A stretch of 64,000 bases of DNA, taken from NCBI GenBank assembly GCA_951406725.2, contig OX597838.1:1860001-1924000 (forward strand). Direction: 5' to 3'. The notes under the pieces were generated by a model, which was not told the origin of the DNA, searched no databases, and was given only the letters and a program-made list of their open reading frames with translations. Source of the stretch: Octopus vulgaris (taxonomy: Eukaryota). The translations under genes were made by a program, and so were the position numbers. Shown here one piece after another: positions 26,869 through 42,333 of the stretch; the first letter of the stretch is position 1; each line of letters begins with the position of its first letter.

Positions 26869-26870
<2 letters not shown>
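26030..26870 (+). mobile_element. Internally deleted mariner with both TIRs
   Basis: TIRs ttgggtcatcccataaataatgcg / cacattatttatgggaagacccaa; transposase HIRHILLYEF..LEDEPRPGR..GKVSKLGEWV..[deletion]..RPHTA..HPPYSP..YHLFRSLQN. Confidence 0.93.
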
Positions 26871-26917
<47 letters not shown>

Positions 26918-27195
26918 CATTATCATCATCATCATCATCGCAGAGCAACGTGAAATGAACACCTGGTCTGGGAATCGAAACCACAGTCTTCCGATCGTGA
27001 GTCTAACACTTAACCACGAAACCATGCGCCTTCATACACACGCACACGTACAAACACACACACACACGCGTGCGCGCACAGATGCACGTATATACGTGAG
27101 TGTGTGCGTGTGTGTGTACATATAAATGGCTGGTGAAATCTATTTCAATCCTTTTTGTATTCTTTATGTATTCGCAAAAAAATACTTATAATCTT

Positions 27196-27242
<47 letters not shown>

Positions 27243-27664
27243 GGCGCATGCATGCACACATCCATGAGTGCAGATACACGCGCACGCACAAACGAGCGCG
27301 TGCGCAGTGATAGTAGTAGTAGTAGTAGTGGGGGAAATGAGGTACTCAAAGCCTTTTGGATTTTTTTAGAAATCGCTCCTTGTCCGTGGGATTGTTGGAT
27401 TGTTTCGGTTTGACTGGGATTAATCAGATCAATCTGACCATAACCGTCGTAGTCATCACCGCGTCGCCGCCACCACCATTACCACCACCACCACCACCCC
27501 CACCACCACCACCACTACCACCACCACCACCACCACCACCACCACCATTACCACCACCACCACCATTACCACCACCACTACCACGCAGCAGTATTCTCTT
27601 CTTCCTCCTCCTCATCATAGTCACCACCACCACCACCACCGTCTCCACCGCCATCATTATTCTC

Positions 27665-27800
27665 CGTCAGTTTCCTTTTAACCAGCTTTCACTCACAAGA
27701 CAGAATCTGTGGGAGGAACCATCGCCCGAGGGTGCCGAGTTGTGGGAGTGAACCGGTCACCACCCGATAACGGAAGCAACATCTTTATCACACAACCATA
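27665..27800 (-). mobile_element. Degenerate SINE family C head
   Basis: cagtttcc..cactcacaag..gcccgagggtgcc..gtgggagtgaacc..ggaagcaa aligns with 49685-49850. Confidence 0.5.
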
Positions 27801-27819
27801 AAAGAGTTAAAGAAGGAAC

Positions 27820-27881
<62 letters not shown>

Positions 27882-27929
27882 ACATTATAAGACACACACG
27901 CATGCACATACATACTGACACAGAATAAA

Positions 27930-27975
<46 letters not shown>

Positions 27976-28164
27976 AAAAGACATTACTATAGGAGACGGG
28001 CGTATACGTTCGTATCTGTGAGTTTGTGTGTTGCTTTATGTATGTGTAGATGTGTGTGTGGGTGTATGTGTATCTGTGTGTAGGTCTGTGTATGTGTGTA
28101 ACGGTGTATTTGTGTGGAAGTATGTCGATGTGTCTGAACGTGAATACATATGTATATACATATG

Positions 28165-28197
<33 letters not shown>

Positions 28198-28388
28198 ATG
28201 TCTGCTTGTGTGAGTGTATGTATGTGTGTGCATGTGTTTGTGCGTGTATGTGTGTGTCCGTGTGTATGTCTATCTGTGTGTGATTGTGCGTGTGCTTGTG
28301 TGTGTGTGTGTGTGTATGTGCTTGTGTGCTTGTGTGTGCGTGTGTGTGCGTGTGCGTGTGTGTGCGTGCGTGTATGTGTGTGTGTGTG

Positions 28389-28477
<89 letters not shown>

Positions 28478-28926
28478 GGACATAGATTATATTAATAGTT
28501 TCATATCAGAGCGAGTTGACAGGGCGAATTGCATTGTGGGTAAATATGTTTACAGAGTTGGTGTGAATATTGTTATCTTTGATGGGAGGGGTGAGGGGGT
28601 GGGCAGAGGAATATAAAAGAAGAAAAAGACCAAGATGGCGAAGAGTGGAGAGTTGGGAAGGGGAGAGGTGGAAGGGTCAGTCATATGTCAACATACAACA
28701 ACAAGAACAATAGCAACAACAGTGGACAGCGATGTACATCAAATGGATGGCTACCAGGTACACATGGCCATGTGCCAACCTCATATTTATATATACATTA
28801 GTATTTACATACATACATACAATATATATATATATACATTTACTTCACTCATACACGCATATATACGTTTCTCTCTTCTCTCTCACTCTCTCTTTCTTTC
28901 TTTCTTTGTCTATGTATGCGTGTATA

Positions 28927-28958
<32 letters not shown>

Positions 28959-28973
28959 GTGTATATATATATA

Positions 28974-29012
<39 letters not shown>

Positions 29013-29038
29013 ATAAATGGATAAATATAATAAATAAG

Positions 29039-29075
<37 letters not shown>

Positions 29076-29246
29076 GTGTGCATGCATACATATGTATGTA
29101 TGTATATATATATATGTATACACACACATGCACACGCATATGAATGTATTAATATATATATATATATATATATATGAATGTATGTATGCATGCATACACA
29201 TATATATGTATGTATACATATATATTTATATATACTTATATATATA

Positions 29247-29293
<47 letters not shown>

Positions 29294-30149
29294 TATAATA
29301 TATATTATATAAGTATCTTCTTTTGTGCATTTATACCTTCCACTCTCTTTCCTTCTTACCTCTCTTCTTTTTCTTCTTTTCTTCTTTTTCTTCTTTTTCT
29401 TCTTCTTCTTCTTCTTCTTCTTCTTCTTCCTTCTCTCTCTCTCTCTCTCTCTCCTCTCCCACCTCTCCCTTCTTCGAACTCTCTTCTCAACAGTTTTATC
29501 TACTCAACACTTATTTAATGCACTGACACGGACACCAACCAACGTCCGCCTCACATCAATGTGCGGCCGACTGAGAATTTTAAAATGTTTGGGCAGAGAA
29601 AATTAATATTTATGTTATTGCTGCCATTGTCATTGTTATTGCCTTCTTCGATGACGTCCTGTTGTTGATGTTGTTGTTGTTGTTGTTTCTGTATAGGTAT
29701 TGTCGTTGTTGTTGTTACTGCACTACACACATTGTTGTTGTTGTTGCTGATTATATATCCCCGACCGGTCAGATCTGCTCAAGCAGTCTTATGTAACAGA
29801 CAATTGTCCAACTGACCAAATCTCTCCATCGATCTTTCCCATAGTTACTGGCCGCGGGACACACTGACATAATTGACCACAACCAAATACTTTCGGCACC
29901 GAAACACGTTTTCTGTTAATGGTTCCGAACCCATCGCTTCCATAATTTATTGTCTCACCGAAAACCTTTATAAAGAAAGGAATAAAATATCGTAAACAAC
30001 TACGGTATGAAAGTCATAGCCTTATATTCCTCTCTACCCGTTCTCTGGTCACCCATAATTTAGAGATAAACATTCGCCAACTTACCGAGGGCAGTGGCTT
30101 AAACAAAAGGTCTTTCAGTGAAAAAGTATATTCAATAATATATATACAT

Positions 30150-30475
30150 ATATTGATAAAAATGGTAAGACAACAAAAGAAAGAAAGAGACCTCGATATT
30201 ATGTAAATAGAGGAATTTATCTGTAAATGTAATATGTGACAATTGTTCGGTAGCCAAGATAAAACTCCGAGTTTCGGACGCCGAGGTGGAAATCCACGCC
30301 GCCATCTCTTCAATTATCCGGCCATCGGGAAAATGCCAAGAGTTAAAAGACTTACGAAATCTTATTTTGTCCATGACCGGATAACTGAAGAGATGGCGGA
30401 TTGGATTTCCACCTCGGCATCCGAAACTCGGAGTTTTATCATGGCTACCGAATAATTGTCACATATTACATTTAC

Positions 30476-30480
<5 letters not shown>
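30150..30480. mobile_element. Penelope-like inverted pLTR pair (arms 30218-30325 and 30373-30480)
   Basis: About 108-bp inverted repeat; the ORF track shows mirrored peptides ([18 protein letters not shown]); both ends run into TA-rich repeats; each arm holds an HHR motif. Confidence 0.8.
30371..30444 (+). ncRNA. Hammerhead motif with long stem II (mirror copy on - strand at about 30254-30321)
   Basis: ccat gaccg gataa-CTGAAGA-gatg...catc c-GAAA-ctc g gag-TT-ttatc atgg. Bulged stem I, near-palindromic stem III; the mirror copy has TTGAAGA. Confidence 0.7.
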
Positions 30481-30820
<340 letters not shown>

Positions 30821-32334
30821 AAAAGGACACTGGGCAACCCTGGTCGCCAACCGTGGAATAGAAAAAGAACTTTTCTGCTCATCGTTCTTTGATAACGAAA
30901 AATTATCCGGAACCTTCCAATTCAATAAACCACAATTATTCCTGAAAGTTGTTTCTTTTAAATATTTACTACGGATTGCACGAAATTAACTTACTCTCTA
31001 CACCTCGATCCCTAGATCATACATGTATAAACGTGTGTGTGTGTGTATGTGGTTCAAATTTAGAGAAAACAAAAGACGAAAACAAGCGAAGGAGCAAAAT
31101 GTCCCCTTATCTTACACAAACCAGAACAGGTTTTACAGGACCCACTTTGAAGATCACTGTTTTACTTTTAGAGGGGAGAACACAATTGTTTGATTGTTGC
31201 AGACATTTGAGGGACGGCGGAAGGAAGTTACATTCAAAAGCATGACTTGAACAATAATCAATGCAACCGAATAAACGCTGTAGCATCAAGAATGAAGGTG
31301 ATTATTGGTAACAATTAATAGCATTTAAAAGACCATGGGAAATGTTGTACGGAAGTTTTTAGTTTGTAAATACCAGATGTGGCAGATGTTGTATCGAATT
31401 TTGTCTGTATACTTCTGAAAGCATAAGTATGTTAATGAATGCTGAGTTTGAATTGTTTCGCTGTCAAACTGAGGCAATTGGCGTCGTTTGGATTAAAATC
31501 ATATTTCATTCTATTTGGTTATACAAACACACATGAACTCACGCACATACATATATACAATCTGAGGTGTATACACTCATTGTAAGATTACTTAATGCAT
31601 GAAGTAAAACGATGAAAGATCTATTGAAGAGAGAAAAACTTACAAATAGCAGATATGGTTTAATAACTCCTATTAGGATTGATAAATGTGAAACAAAGCT
31701 ATTTATAAGAGCTAAACAATTATATATATGTGTGTGTGTGCGTGCATATATGTATGCACATATATATATGTATATATATGTGTGTGTGCATTCGCATATA
31801 TAGATATACGCGTAAGAGAGAGAGAGAGAGAGACAGAGAGTAGAAAAGAGAGAGCTATAGAGATCAGAGAGAGAGAGAGAGAGAGAGATGCGGGGAGAGG
31901 AGGAGGGAGATCTGGCCAATCATCATCAATCAAGCCTCAACAAGGATATATTTTCTATCAAATGAGATATGTGTGTTTGTGAGTGAGTGTTTATGTTTGT
32001 ATATCGTTACATGTCTCTACTTAATGGGATATTTGGGTTTGTATGTGTGGATGTAAGACAAATACATACGTACATACAAACATGCATGCATAAAAGCATA
32101 CGTATATACATACATGCATATATACATACATACACAGTTGTATAAAATGAAAGAAATATAGATAGACAGAGATAGATGAATATATAGCCAGAGAGAGAGA
32201 GAGAGAGAGAGAGACAGAAAGAGACAGAGAGAATAGTGATAAACCTGGAATCTCTATTTCCCAATAATCGATCACAAAATGAGAGGAATTTAAAGCAAGG
32301 AATAAAAAACGCTACACACACACACACACACACA

Positions 32335-32375
<41 letters not shown>

Positions 32376-33041
32376 AGAGAGAGTTTGAGAGAGTTAGAAA
32401 AAGAGAGAGTAAGAGTGAGAGATTTTGAGTGAAAGAGAGAGAAGGAGAACGGAAAGAAAGATACGGTTGTGTGTGTAAACATCGGCACTGGTTCATGCCG
32501 AATCCCGTTATGACAAGTGACAATATTTTGATAAACGCGACAGATATGATATGAATAGCTTCTTTTCTAAACAACAATTACCAAAACTGAACTATTTATT
32601 GTCGCCATAAACGAACAAAATGGCGTCGTTAAATATCTTTAGTGTCGTCTGTTTTGTTGAAATTTGTTTCTCTTCTCTTTCGTTTCTTTGTGTTTACTTT
32701 GTCTTGTGCAGTTGTGTCAATAATACATGAATGTTTTCGACATTCAAATAGAAAAGGAACAATGATTCATATGACAAATGTTGTTGAAGATGTTGCTATT
32801 GTTGTTACTGTTGTTGTTGTAGCATTTGTAAGTCCCCACCAACGCTACCATCACCACCAGCACCAGCACCACTACCACTAAACGCTGCTCCAGCACACAC
32901 ATACACCACACACGCATGCATACATTCAGACAAACGCATGCATTCATATACATATATAAATATAAATGTTTGTATTCATACACTGGTGAATACTCATACA
33001 CACACATATATTATATGCAAAAATATTCACACCCAAACACG

Positions 33042-33074
<33 letters not shown>

Positions 33075-33279
33075 ATTATACGCAAAGTATCTCGCAAAGA
33101 AAGGGAAAATATTTTCTTTGTGCAAAGCTCTACCAAAGAGCTCAGTGAGGTCTAATGAAATATTAAGATATTAAGGGTTAAAACGTAAACATAACGCATA
33201 AGAATGGATTAAGCGAAAATGTCTTGAAAATAAAAACATAGAAAAATAAAATAAACAACACTATATATATATTTTCCCC

Positions 33280-33358
<79 letters not shown>

Positions 33359-33646
33359 ATATATATATATAAATATATATATATATGTATGTATGTATAC
33401 CTATGTGTGTATATATATGTATATGTGTGTATGTATATATATATGTATATATATATGTATATATGTACACTTATATGTATGTATATATACACACACACAC
33501 ACTCACACACATATATATATATATATATATATGTGTATGTGTGTGTGTGTATCAGCTATTTCTCTTTGTGAATTTATCTCATAACGGAAGGATCGTGTAG
33601 CTTGCTGTGCCCGCTTCCTATAAATCTAATGAGGTTAGTGTCTTAA

Positions 33647-33860
33647 GGCGGCGAGCTGGCAGAAACGTTGGCACCCCGGGTGAAATGCTTAGCAGTATTT
33701 CGTCTGTCTTTACGTTCTGAGTTGAAATTCCGCCGAGGTCGACTTTGCCTTTCATCCTTTCGGGTCGAGAAATTGAGTACCAGTTGCGTACTGGGGTCGA
33801 TGTAATGGCCTAGCCTCCTCCCCAAAACTTCGGGCCTTGTGCCTAGAGTTGAAAAGGATA
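33647..33860 (+). mobile_element. SINE family A (alternative tail)
   Basis: ggcggcgagctggcagaaacgttggc head and shared core; tail ggccttgtgcctagag. Confidence 0.9.
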
Positions 33861-33913
33861 TATATTAATATATCATTATAGTATCTTACTGTACTGATTT
33901 ATATATACATATA

Positions 33914-34285
33914 TTTTACTTGTTTTAGTCATTGGACTGCAGCCATGCAGGGGCACCACCTTCAATAATTTTAGTCGAATGAATCAACATCAGAACTTAT
34001 TCTATCGGTCTCTTTTGCTCAGCTGCTAGGTTACGGGGACATAAGCACATCAAACTGGTTGTGAAACAGTAGTGGGAGAAAATACATACACAAGAGCGAA
34101 AGACACACGCGCACACACCCTACCACACGCGCACACACATATACACACATACGCAGATATACGACGGTCTTCTTTCTGTTTCCGTCTAACAAATCCACTC
34201 ACAAGGCTTTGGTTGACCCGTGGCTATAAAAGTACACAACTGCCCAAAGTGCCACGCAGTGGAATTGAACCCAACTCCATTTGGT
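33914..34285 (-). mobile_element. SINE family C (bipartite, central microsatellite)
   Basis: Reverse match to 44612-45030. Confidence 0.8.
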
Positions 34286-34787
34286 ATGTATGTATGTACG
34301 TACGTATGTATATACGTGCGTATGTATGTATGTATGTATGCATGTGTATGTATGTATGTATGTATGTATGTATGTATGTACGTATGAATGCATGCTTGTA
34401 TGTATGTATGCATGTATGTATGTGTGTATGCATGTATGTATGTATGTATGTATGTATGTATGTATATGGTGTATATTACTTCGAGGTAAGTCTTAGGTAT
34501 ATCATGGAATGTAGGAATGATGTGACCAGAACTTGACCCAGTTTCCAGTGCGTATAAATGGGATTACAAATGTTTCCCCTGCCTTCCTGAACGGGATCCT
34601 GGTCCGTCGCAGAGTTTACTTCCCAAGTATTAACGGGGCTCATTTCTAGTCGTCTGATTGCTGCAACACCTTAAAGTTTGCACTCGAACGGAGACACACT
34701 TACACAAATACTACTTTTCACAAACGACTCCATAAAATTTGTTCAAGCAAGGTAATATTCTTTTTTACTCTAGGGACAAGGACCGAA

Positions 34788-34824
<37 letters not shown>

Positions 34825-35799
34825 ATGTGTGTGGACGGGTAGCCCATTAGCAAGTTACAGCAATATAAAGCCCATAGCACTTTATATTTCGAAAATAGAA
34901 AGAAAGAAAGAAAGGGCAACATCTCGTTCGAGATATATATGGATGTTGCAAGAACGTATATTTGGAAACTATGGATCAATATGTATATTATATATTTAGA
35001 GATCAAAATCTTGTAAGAAATGTATTACGAAGAGATGTCAGACTTATATACTCTCGTGAACTTAAGTAAATATATGCCACTTATGAACCTGAGCCATTTA
35101 TAAACCGAAAACCTTTAAATAAATTACTTTTGATAAATTACAACCTGGTGACAGTTCTTAATTAAAGTGCGGTGGATGTTCATACGCTTTCCCATTTTCT
35201 TCGCACTCAGTATATTAATCCATGATACGATATTTACTGCATAGCTCCAATTTAATGATAGTTCACACTTCATTACCATTATGTGCAGTATTAGAATTTA
35301 TTGTAATATATTCACTGGCTTCGATCACATAGCCCACTTCCAACACGCACATACATAAATATATTTAAGAGTGCATATACATGAACTTTTATATACACGT
35401 ACATGTGTGCGTGTATGTGTGTGTATGTTCGCACTTGTATACATATAGAGAGTACAGATAAAACGGTGTTTCATGAATGTCTTCTAATAGGTATATACAA
35501 TAAGTGCCCAGGTTGGTTTACCACTAAATCTCCAACTTGAACTGTGACTAAAACAAAATTCGTGTTGTAGCTTTCTAGCAATGAACGGTTATAAGTAGTT
35601 CATCATTGAGCGGATCTATCTCTCTATCTATCTATCTTTTTTTCTTTCCTTTTTTTTACGATCCCTTTAGATCGAAAACCTACCCCACCTTTTTTCTATT
35701 TTTTCTGTTTTCTTTTCATTTTTTTTCTCCCCCAAAAGAAAAGCTGTACTTTGTAATTTGTCCCCTCTGTGTTCAGCCCTATGTGGCTAATAAAGAAAC

Positions 35800-35830
<31 letters not shown>

Positions 35831-35985
35831 TGTATGTATGTATGTATGTATGTATGTATGTATGTATGTATGTATGTATGTATGTATCTATCTATCTATC
35901 TATATATATATATATATATAAGGCTATCTGCCTATCTGTCTATGTATGTATGTATGTATGTATGTATCTATCTATCTAGATGTGT

Positions 35986-36019
<34 letters not shown>

Positions 36020-36290
36020 CTGTCTGTCTGTTAGAAAGAAAGAATGAGTAGGTAAGACATGTTGCATCTCTTTGGAGCATGAAATTTAAAATTCAAACGT
36101 AATTTCAGATTTGATGGAACTGGTGGCTCCTAATATCGTTTATTAGATAGATTCCTTTACTCTTCCTCTCTGGCTTTTATATGGAAATCTTTCCTCATAG
36201 TGATATGCATCATATACACAGCCACTCCAGAGACAACTGTAAGAGACTTTATGCACAACTTCTTAATCGCTATTTTATTGTAACAACTTT

Positions 36291-36420
36291 GCAATTATGT
36301 TTCAGTAATTTGATACCACATGGTTTGCCTCATATTGTTACCACATGGTTGTCTCATGTTGATAACACATGGTTTGCTTCATATATAAAACTGCCACACA
36401 GGCAATTATGTTTCAGTAAT
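36291..36420. repeat. Three ~24-bp units bracketed by a 19-bp direct repeat
   Basis: gcaattatgtttcagtaat at 36291 and 36402; cacatggtt..tcat three times between them. Confidence 0.75.
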
Positions 36421-36439
36421 GAATGTAACTACACGTGGA

Positions 36440-36746
<307 letters not shown>

Positions 36747-36917
36747 CATAAGAGGGATCAGCCATCTGAATGTGGCTAGGGTCAGGGCAGGGTGGTGGGG
36801 GTGTTACTGATGCATTTAGCCCAGGCGAACATCGACGTCACCAGAAGAGCTGACACCATCTCGGTGTCCTTGCCAGCCAGCAAAGGGAGATCAGCCTCCC
36901 CGAAGATACGGATACTA

Positions 36918-36960
36918 CACACGGACCGGTTTCGAGGTTATTGCCTCTTGTCAACGTATG
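36918..36960 (-). ncRNA. Hammerhead ribozyme, U3-A8 variant (left arm)
   Basis: Exact reverse complement of 37285-37327. Confidence 0.8.
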
Positions 36961-37284
36961 GTAAGCACCGCTCTTCGTTGAGGAACTTCCTCTACAGGCT
37001 GGTTATATATAGATTTTCACAGCAACCACAGTCACTGGCGTAGAAAATCTGTTCGAAAACAATAATAAATCTCTGGGCGAGATATAAACAGTAACTGCTC
37101 TATAACATAAGAGGGATCAGCCATCTGAATGTGGCTAGGGTCAAGAGCAGTTACTGTTTATATCTCGCCCAGAGATTTATTATTGTTTTCGAACAGATTT
37201 TCTACGCCAGTGACTGTGGTTACTGTGAAAATCTATATATAACCAGCCTGTAGAGAGAGTCCCTCAACGAAGAGCGGTGCTTAC

Positions 37285-37327
37285 CATACGTTGACAAGAG
37301 GCAATAACCTCGAAACCGGTCCGTGTG
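37285..37327 (+). ncRNA. Hammerhead ribozyme, U3-A8 variant (right arm)
   Basis: catacg-TTGACAA-gagg(caataa)cctc-GAAA-ccgg-TC-cgtgtg; palindromic ACCGGT stem III, GUC triplet, 6-bp stem I with one G-U. Confidence 0.8.
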
Positions 37328-37500
37328 TAGTATCCGTATCTTCGGGGAGGCTGATCTCCCTTTGCTGGCTGGCAAGGACACCGAGATTGTGTCAGCTCTT
37401 CTGGTGACGTCGATGTTCGCCTGGGGCTAAATGCATCAGTAACACCCCCACCACCCCGCCCTGACCCTAGCCACATTCAGATGGCTGATCCCTCTTATGT

Positions 37501-37583
<83 letters not shown>

Positions 37584-37923
37584 GGCTCATTCGAAGTTTC
37601 ATGGAATTCACAGTTTATGAAAGAATGAAATAGTAGATGCATCACGTCGTTCATGAAACACAACATTAGACTAAGAATATCAACGATTGTCTTGCCTGCA
37701 ACCGAATGTTTTTATTCGATATTGCATTGCACACAAACCAACAGGATGTTAACAATGTGCTTCCAACTGAAGCGAAGGCGATTAAAGCAACGTCACCTGG
37801 AAGCATATATTTGCTCAGAATCAATTTGATGATTGCTTGTGTCGGCATAAAACTTAAAGTAATGGAACAGTCGTTCTCTGGAAGTGTTGCATTGTAATTT
37901 ATGGAAACAAAAGTATACATACG

Positions 37924-37964
<41 letters not shown>

Positions 37965-38398
37965 GTCTGTTTTTCTCCATCCATTTATGTCTATTTTCCT
38001 ATCTCTCTCCCCTTCTCTATCTCTTTATGCATACATTTATTAATTTATTTATATATGTATATAGTTAGATGTGTGTGTGTGTTTATACCTGAAGGTAGCT
38101 GCTTCCATAGCAACAGAAAGGATGTCAGCCTAATCAGCAGGTGACAAAATGGCCGACTGTATCGGGAACACCATTTCAATTTTAATATTTTCCCGTTTCT
38201 TCTGATATTTTTCTGCCTTTGATAGGATTATGCCTGTGTGGCGGTGTTTTTTTTTTTTTTACTTCAATGTTGTTTTCGTGGTGATGGTCGTGGTGTTACT
38301 TTCATTGTTTTTGTGTTTACGTGCGTGTATGTATGTATATATATAAATGTTCACTGACGCATAAATATATATATACACGCAAACGCACACTTGTATGT

Positions 38399-38489
<91 letters not shown>

Positions 38490-39343
38490 CCCGCAAACCC
38501 ATATATTTATGATCTTTATATATACACACACATTTATTCATAGAAATCTGTGTACATATGTTTCGTGTATATATATATATACATTTTGTGAATATATAGA
38601 TATATATATGTATGTATATATATATGTATATACATATATTTATATATATGTGTATATATATATATGCGTATGTATATACACACAGACACACACATTATAC
38701 GCAAATACTTAATACATACATATATACTTAGATATATACATGCATACATACATGAATACATACATACATATATACATACATATATACATATATACATGCA
38801 TACATGCATACATATATATATATTTGTGTGTGTTTCAATCTAGTGCTTCTGTTCTTATTTCATAGAAGTGCATTCTGGGTAATTGATTATCAGATGACAC
38901 ATGTCAAATTTTGCCGACAGTAAATTGTTATGAACGACTTTGCATGCTTATGTGTGCGTGTGTGCAGTGTGTGTGTGTGAGTTTGTGCGTGTGTGTGTAT
39001 GCATGATTGTGTCTATGTGTGTGTCTATGTGTGTGCCTAAATCTCTGCCTTTCACTTTTTACGCATGCGTGTATACCTTGATATGCGTTTGTTTTCCTAT
39101 GAGTTTGATCTTTCCTCGAAGCGCAAGAATATGTCTGTGTGCATACGTGTATTAGTATATCTGTTCATGTATTTGTGTGTGTGTGTGTGTGTGTGTGTAA
39201 TTTAATGCACGAATATGGGTGTCTGCGTGCACACGTCTTTGGGTAGATAAATGTCCTTGTTTGTACTTATATATATATACTTACATTATGTACACATCCA
39301 TACATCCTGATAATACAGGGACTTAGAGACATCTCGTCAACTC

Positions 39344-39396
<53 letters not shown>

Positions 39397-39469
39397 CAAA
39401 CACTGTCCAACCGTATGCTGAAGATATCGAACGTTCTTTATACATCGCTGGTCACAATGCACTTCCAAT

Positions 39470-40620
39470 TCCTTCTCCTTGTCACCATCATGGTGGTCTT
39501 CCAAATAGCCTTTTCCCGATCTCGTGGATATCACTCACCATCTGCTCTGGTTGGCCTGTGAACTTTGCAGCGAGTCCGACCCAGCGGAACTTGTGCTTCC
39601 GGTATTCTGCGATCACATCTTTCACCCTGCTGCTCCGTTCTCCAATTATCTCATTTAGGTTACGCTCTCGCAATAGTATTCCAAGTTTGGTTCTTTCCAT
39701 GAATCTTCGCGTAGTAGCCACAGGATATTCTTCCCCCATCGTGGTAGGCAATGTCTCCCTTGCATACAAAGGCGCAGGCAGGACAGTCTTATTGAAAAGC
39801 CTGGCACACATGGTCTCGTTCCGCCTTGCTTTAAGCAAATCTTTTACTGAGATAAATACCTTCCATCATGCCCTTCTTCCCCTCGTGACTTCAGTATCCA
39901 TGTCTCGGCCCATAATCTCTGTGTACCCTGAATAGATTTACTCGCTTTACTTTCTTGATTTCATCACTTTTCATCTCTATTCGGCTTCGAGCTTCAGCTT
40001 TTCACCGCATCCATTTTGTTTTTATACGGTTATATTAAGACCAACTACTGTACTCTGCATCTCAAACTTCCTCAGATTGGTCAGCAACTGATCTGGGATT
40101 ACAGCAATGAATACGAGATTATCTGTAAATCGAAGGTGTTTTTGTAGAACACAGCTCATGTTTACTCCCCAGTCTAGTCACTATCTGTTCTAACTGTTTC
40201 TAGACAGGCAGTTAAGAGTTTTGAATAGATGGTGTCTCCTTGTCTGATGCGACTCCCAACTGGAACTCTTGTTGTGTTGGAAGCACATCTATGTTAGTTG
40301 TGCGCCTTTGAGCAGTTTGGTGTATTGTGCATTCGCCTCGACGCTATCAAAGATCATTTTTTGCAATCGACGAAAGCGATGCACTGACACAACTTCTATT
40401 GTTTCGTTCGTTTTATAAAAGGTTTCAGTGTAAATATGCGATCCATCGTAATGTAGTTCTTCCTGAATCAGCCTTGCTTCCTCAGTAGCTGGTGGTCGAA
40501 ACATTTCGATAACCTGCAGTCTATGGCCTCTGCATACAGCTCATAGAAGCGTGAAAAATACATATAAAGGGTGATATTTTCTCAGATAATTTTCATCATT
40601 CTTCTTATTCCACTCTCTTA
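39470..40620 (-). pseudogene. RTE-clade LINE reverse transcriptase remnant
   Basis: FDSVE; IRQGDTI..KLLTACLE; HLRFTDNLVFIA (FADD equivalent); LFNKTVLPA.LY..ET..MER..LGI..NEII..VKDVI..RWVG..GRPP. Confidence 0.88.
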
Positions 40621-40658
40621 AATGTAAGGAAGGAAACTAAAGCGTAGAACGAGGATAT

Positions 40659-40692
<34 letters not shown>

Positions 40693-41359
40693 GTATGTAT
40701 ATGTGTGTGTGTATGTGTGTATATGTATATATATGTATATAGATGCACGTGTGCACGTGTGTGCACATTTATATACGCCTATATATCTATATTTATATGT
40801 ATGTGCATGCGTGTGTTTGCAAATGTTTGCTCTCGTATCGGTTTTGTGTAAAAACCTCTTAAGGACATCGGCTTTTGTCTTGCAAATAGCTGTTCGACAT
40901 GCAAATGTAAAAATTAAGCAGTGAAGTTATAAAGTCGACTAAAACATTTCACGGTGGATTACTCCAGCATGGTCGTAGACCAGCGATTGAAATATATGCG
41001 CACACACACACACACACACATACACACACACACATATATGTGTATATATTTATGCATGCATGTTTTATGTAAGTATGTGCATATATTAGACTACACTTTA
41101 CCATCGTTATATTTTTGTGATTTATTCTATAATATATAACAATATATTTATATATTTTGAAGGTTATTCACATCAGTTTGAACCTCTCACCACTCCACCG
41201 TTCATTTATCACCCTTCCTACCTCCCTCACCCTCTCTCTTTCTCTCTCTTTCGCCCACTGCCTATCATATATCTTTCTATCAATACAACTATATAAGTAG
41301 TAATAAATGTGTGTGTGTATATATATATATATAAACACACACACACACATATATATATG

Positions 41360-41426
<67 letters not shown>

Positions 41427-41751
41427 ACACATATATATATACATATACATATATATACTTATATATATATATACATATACATATATACATATACATATAC
41501 ATACATATATATATATGTATATACTCACACACATATACGTCCATACATGCGTGTGTGTATATGGAGCAAGGTGTCATGTGCCCAGCATCTGCCGTAACTG
41601 ACCGAACGTTATCACCATGGTAACTTGATATCACGTGTGAGAAATGAAGATGCATCTGTTGAAATGTCAGTCTAATTACATCTCGGCTTTTTATTTGCTT
41701 CGGAATCTGTTTGTGTGGGTGGGGTGAGTGCAGGAGTGTGTGTGTGTGTGC

Positions 41752-41802
<51 letters not shown>

Positions 41803-41871
41803 TGTAGCTGTCTCGCTTTACGTATGCCTGTGTGTGTCGTCATATATAAACTGACATCCACTCACACGTAG

Positions 41872-41909
<38 letters not shown>

Positions 41910-42257
41910 TAATACACATATTTGCATATACGTCTGTGTGTAATTAACATAATATACTATTTCTAAATTCATTTTTACATTTGTATACACACATACAGGC
42001 ACACACTCACAAACACACATACATACACATACACATACATACACGCACTCATGCACACACATATGTATATATATGTATATGTTGTTTTTCTTTTCTGAGT
42101 AATTCCATTTGTTATTACGAACGGAATAAAGGAACTTCTGCTTTGACGGAATGGCGGATTACATTCAGAAGGAATAAAACACAAACAGGAAACAACAAAC
42201 AGTTAATAAAACAATAAAATAATAATAGGTTCTCGTATTTCCATAGTCTTTTATTTG

Positions 42258-42333
<76 letters not shown>

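Noticed and set aside
27788-29298. Long HT/CV/YI repeat ORFs (and similar ones window-wide)
   Set aside because: Dinucleotide-repeat artefacts.
31107-31425. Minus-strand exon candidate
   Set aside because: Splice signals are modest, no homology is recognised, and the frame is not open across the interval.
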